Positions 62,710-64,000 of a stretch of DNA of 64,000 nt are shown here, in pieces. Numbering within the stretch: the stretch's first letter is position 1; the number at the start of each line of letters is the position of its first letter. The position numbers were made by a program, and so were the translations under genes. The DNA comes from Intoshia linei. Taxonomy: Eukaryota; Animalia; Orthonectida. The DNA lies in contig LWCA01000007.1 of assembly GCA_001642005.1 (NCBI GenBank), positions 1-64,000 on the forward strand, written 5' to 3'. Under the pieces are notes generated by a model. It worked only from the letters and a program-made list of their open reading frames with translations, made no database searches and was not told the origin of the DNA.

Positions 62710-64000
62710 CTATACATTTAATAATTTTAGTATAATTTAGTGTATGTTATTTATAAGGGTTTCTCAACTTATGGTTCCCCGGGACGAAAAATAACTAAAA
62801 TTATCAAATATGATTAGCTTATTAAAAAATTTTCGTATTAGAAGTTAGTTTTTTTAAATAATACGAGTCTTACTTTTTTAATTAAATGGTAACACAGAAA
62901 TTCATTTATACACAAGTCACAAATTATAAAATTTTAAAATTTCATAGATTCAGGGGTTTAAAACCGCAGAAAATTTGACCATCAAATTTTTTTATAAACT
63001 TTTTGTATAGCAACAAAAAAATGTTTATACTATTCAGGTTACTTGGTTACATATACCAAAAATATCTTAATTTGGTGATTCCCACACTATTTCACGACGA
63101 TTGAATAAAAAATTATAGTTCAGAATTAATTTAGCGAGCTAAACTGAATAAGACATGCATAAATATAATAAAAAAATTTACGGCGGGTACGCACGGTTTT
63201 CGAAAATTTTGACGTTCTTGGATACAATTACGAACATAACTTACCGAAAAACTCTTCGGGTGTGGGAAGGATGGCTTGACAAAATTTTTGTAAAATGGGG
63301 GATCATTTTATAAATTTATATTAAAAAATTATATTCTTGAATATCATAACTATTGTTTTAAGTTTGAAATATCAACTGAAGAGTCAAGAAGTAGTTAGGG
63401 CTATAGGACACTATATTTTATGTATATTTTTTTAGGGTCCAAATTTTCATTTTCTTCTCGTCAAAAGCTGGGTAGGTTCGGCTCTGGTTGAATGGATAGA
63501 ATCTGATAATGTCGTCCCGTGTATGAGTCTATTTTATCAGTTTTTTTAATAAATATTTGACATGAATAAAATTTATTATCATCGTAATTGTAAAAAAACA
63601 TATTTTTAAAATAAAATTTGCTCTAAATAAACTAAAATTTATAGTAAGTTTTTTCTGATTACTTCAACTTAGTTATATTCATAGACTCATATCTGGTCCA
63701 GAATCTGAATTCCAGATCATCTGGTATTTGATTATTTGTATTGCATTTTAATGTAATGCATTTTTAGTAATTTTCCAAATTTAATTTTTATTTTAGTCCA
63801 AAACTATTTGGGAATTTTAAATTTAAACCAAACTTAAAATACTACTAAAGGCTACCCGGAAGTATTGATATCAAAAAGAACTACTGAAGCAAATATTTTT
63901 TTAAACTAATGATGGTACAGTAATTAACACATTCTTTAAATAACTAGTTTTGTCAATACATGCGTTGGTGAATAAAGAATTAAGTTTATATGTATAGTTT

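Overview
AT-rich, gene-dense eukaryotic (metazoan) DNA, not prokaryotic. Introns are either tiny (about 35-60 nt, several 37-38 nt) or swollen by non-autonomous transposons. This fits a reduced parasite genome such as the orthonectid Intoshia (inference, not verified). By manual splicing I count about 19 protein genes: LRSAM1-like LRR protein (partial), an LCAT/PLA2G15-like lipase missed by the ORF track with an intronless serpin nested antisense in one intron, an unknown gene, DDI1, QTRT1, EPB41L5/yurt, PMVK, SDHA, a miniature WW-BAG (BAG3-like) protein, NECAP, NDUFV1, a RING-CH/MARCH-type protein, an NBR1-like UBA protein, SPT6, a ZU5/death-domain protein, DUSP15/22 and a large uncharacterised membrane protein (partial). 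There are several hAT-type MITEs with 8-bp TSDs, a hAT remnant, pogo/Tigger-like MITEs and an abundant Helitron-like repeat. Assembly gaps lie at 5680-5696 and 10040. I found no rRNA, tRNA or CRISPR and no clear novel multi-gene system. The best leads are the nested, signal-anchored Met-Ser serpin inside a lipase gene, heavily trimmed proteostasis proteins, a RING-CH lacking a zinc ligand, and very short intergenic gaps. All homology calls are from remembered family motifs; no database was searched.
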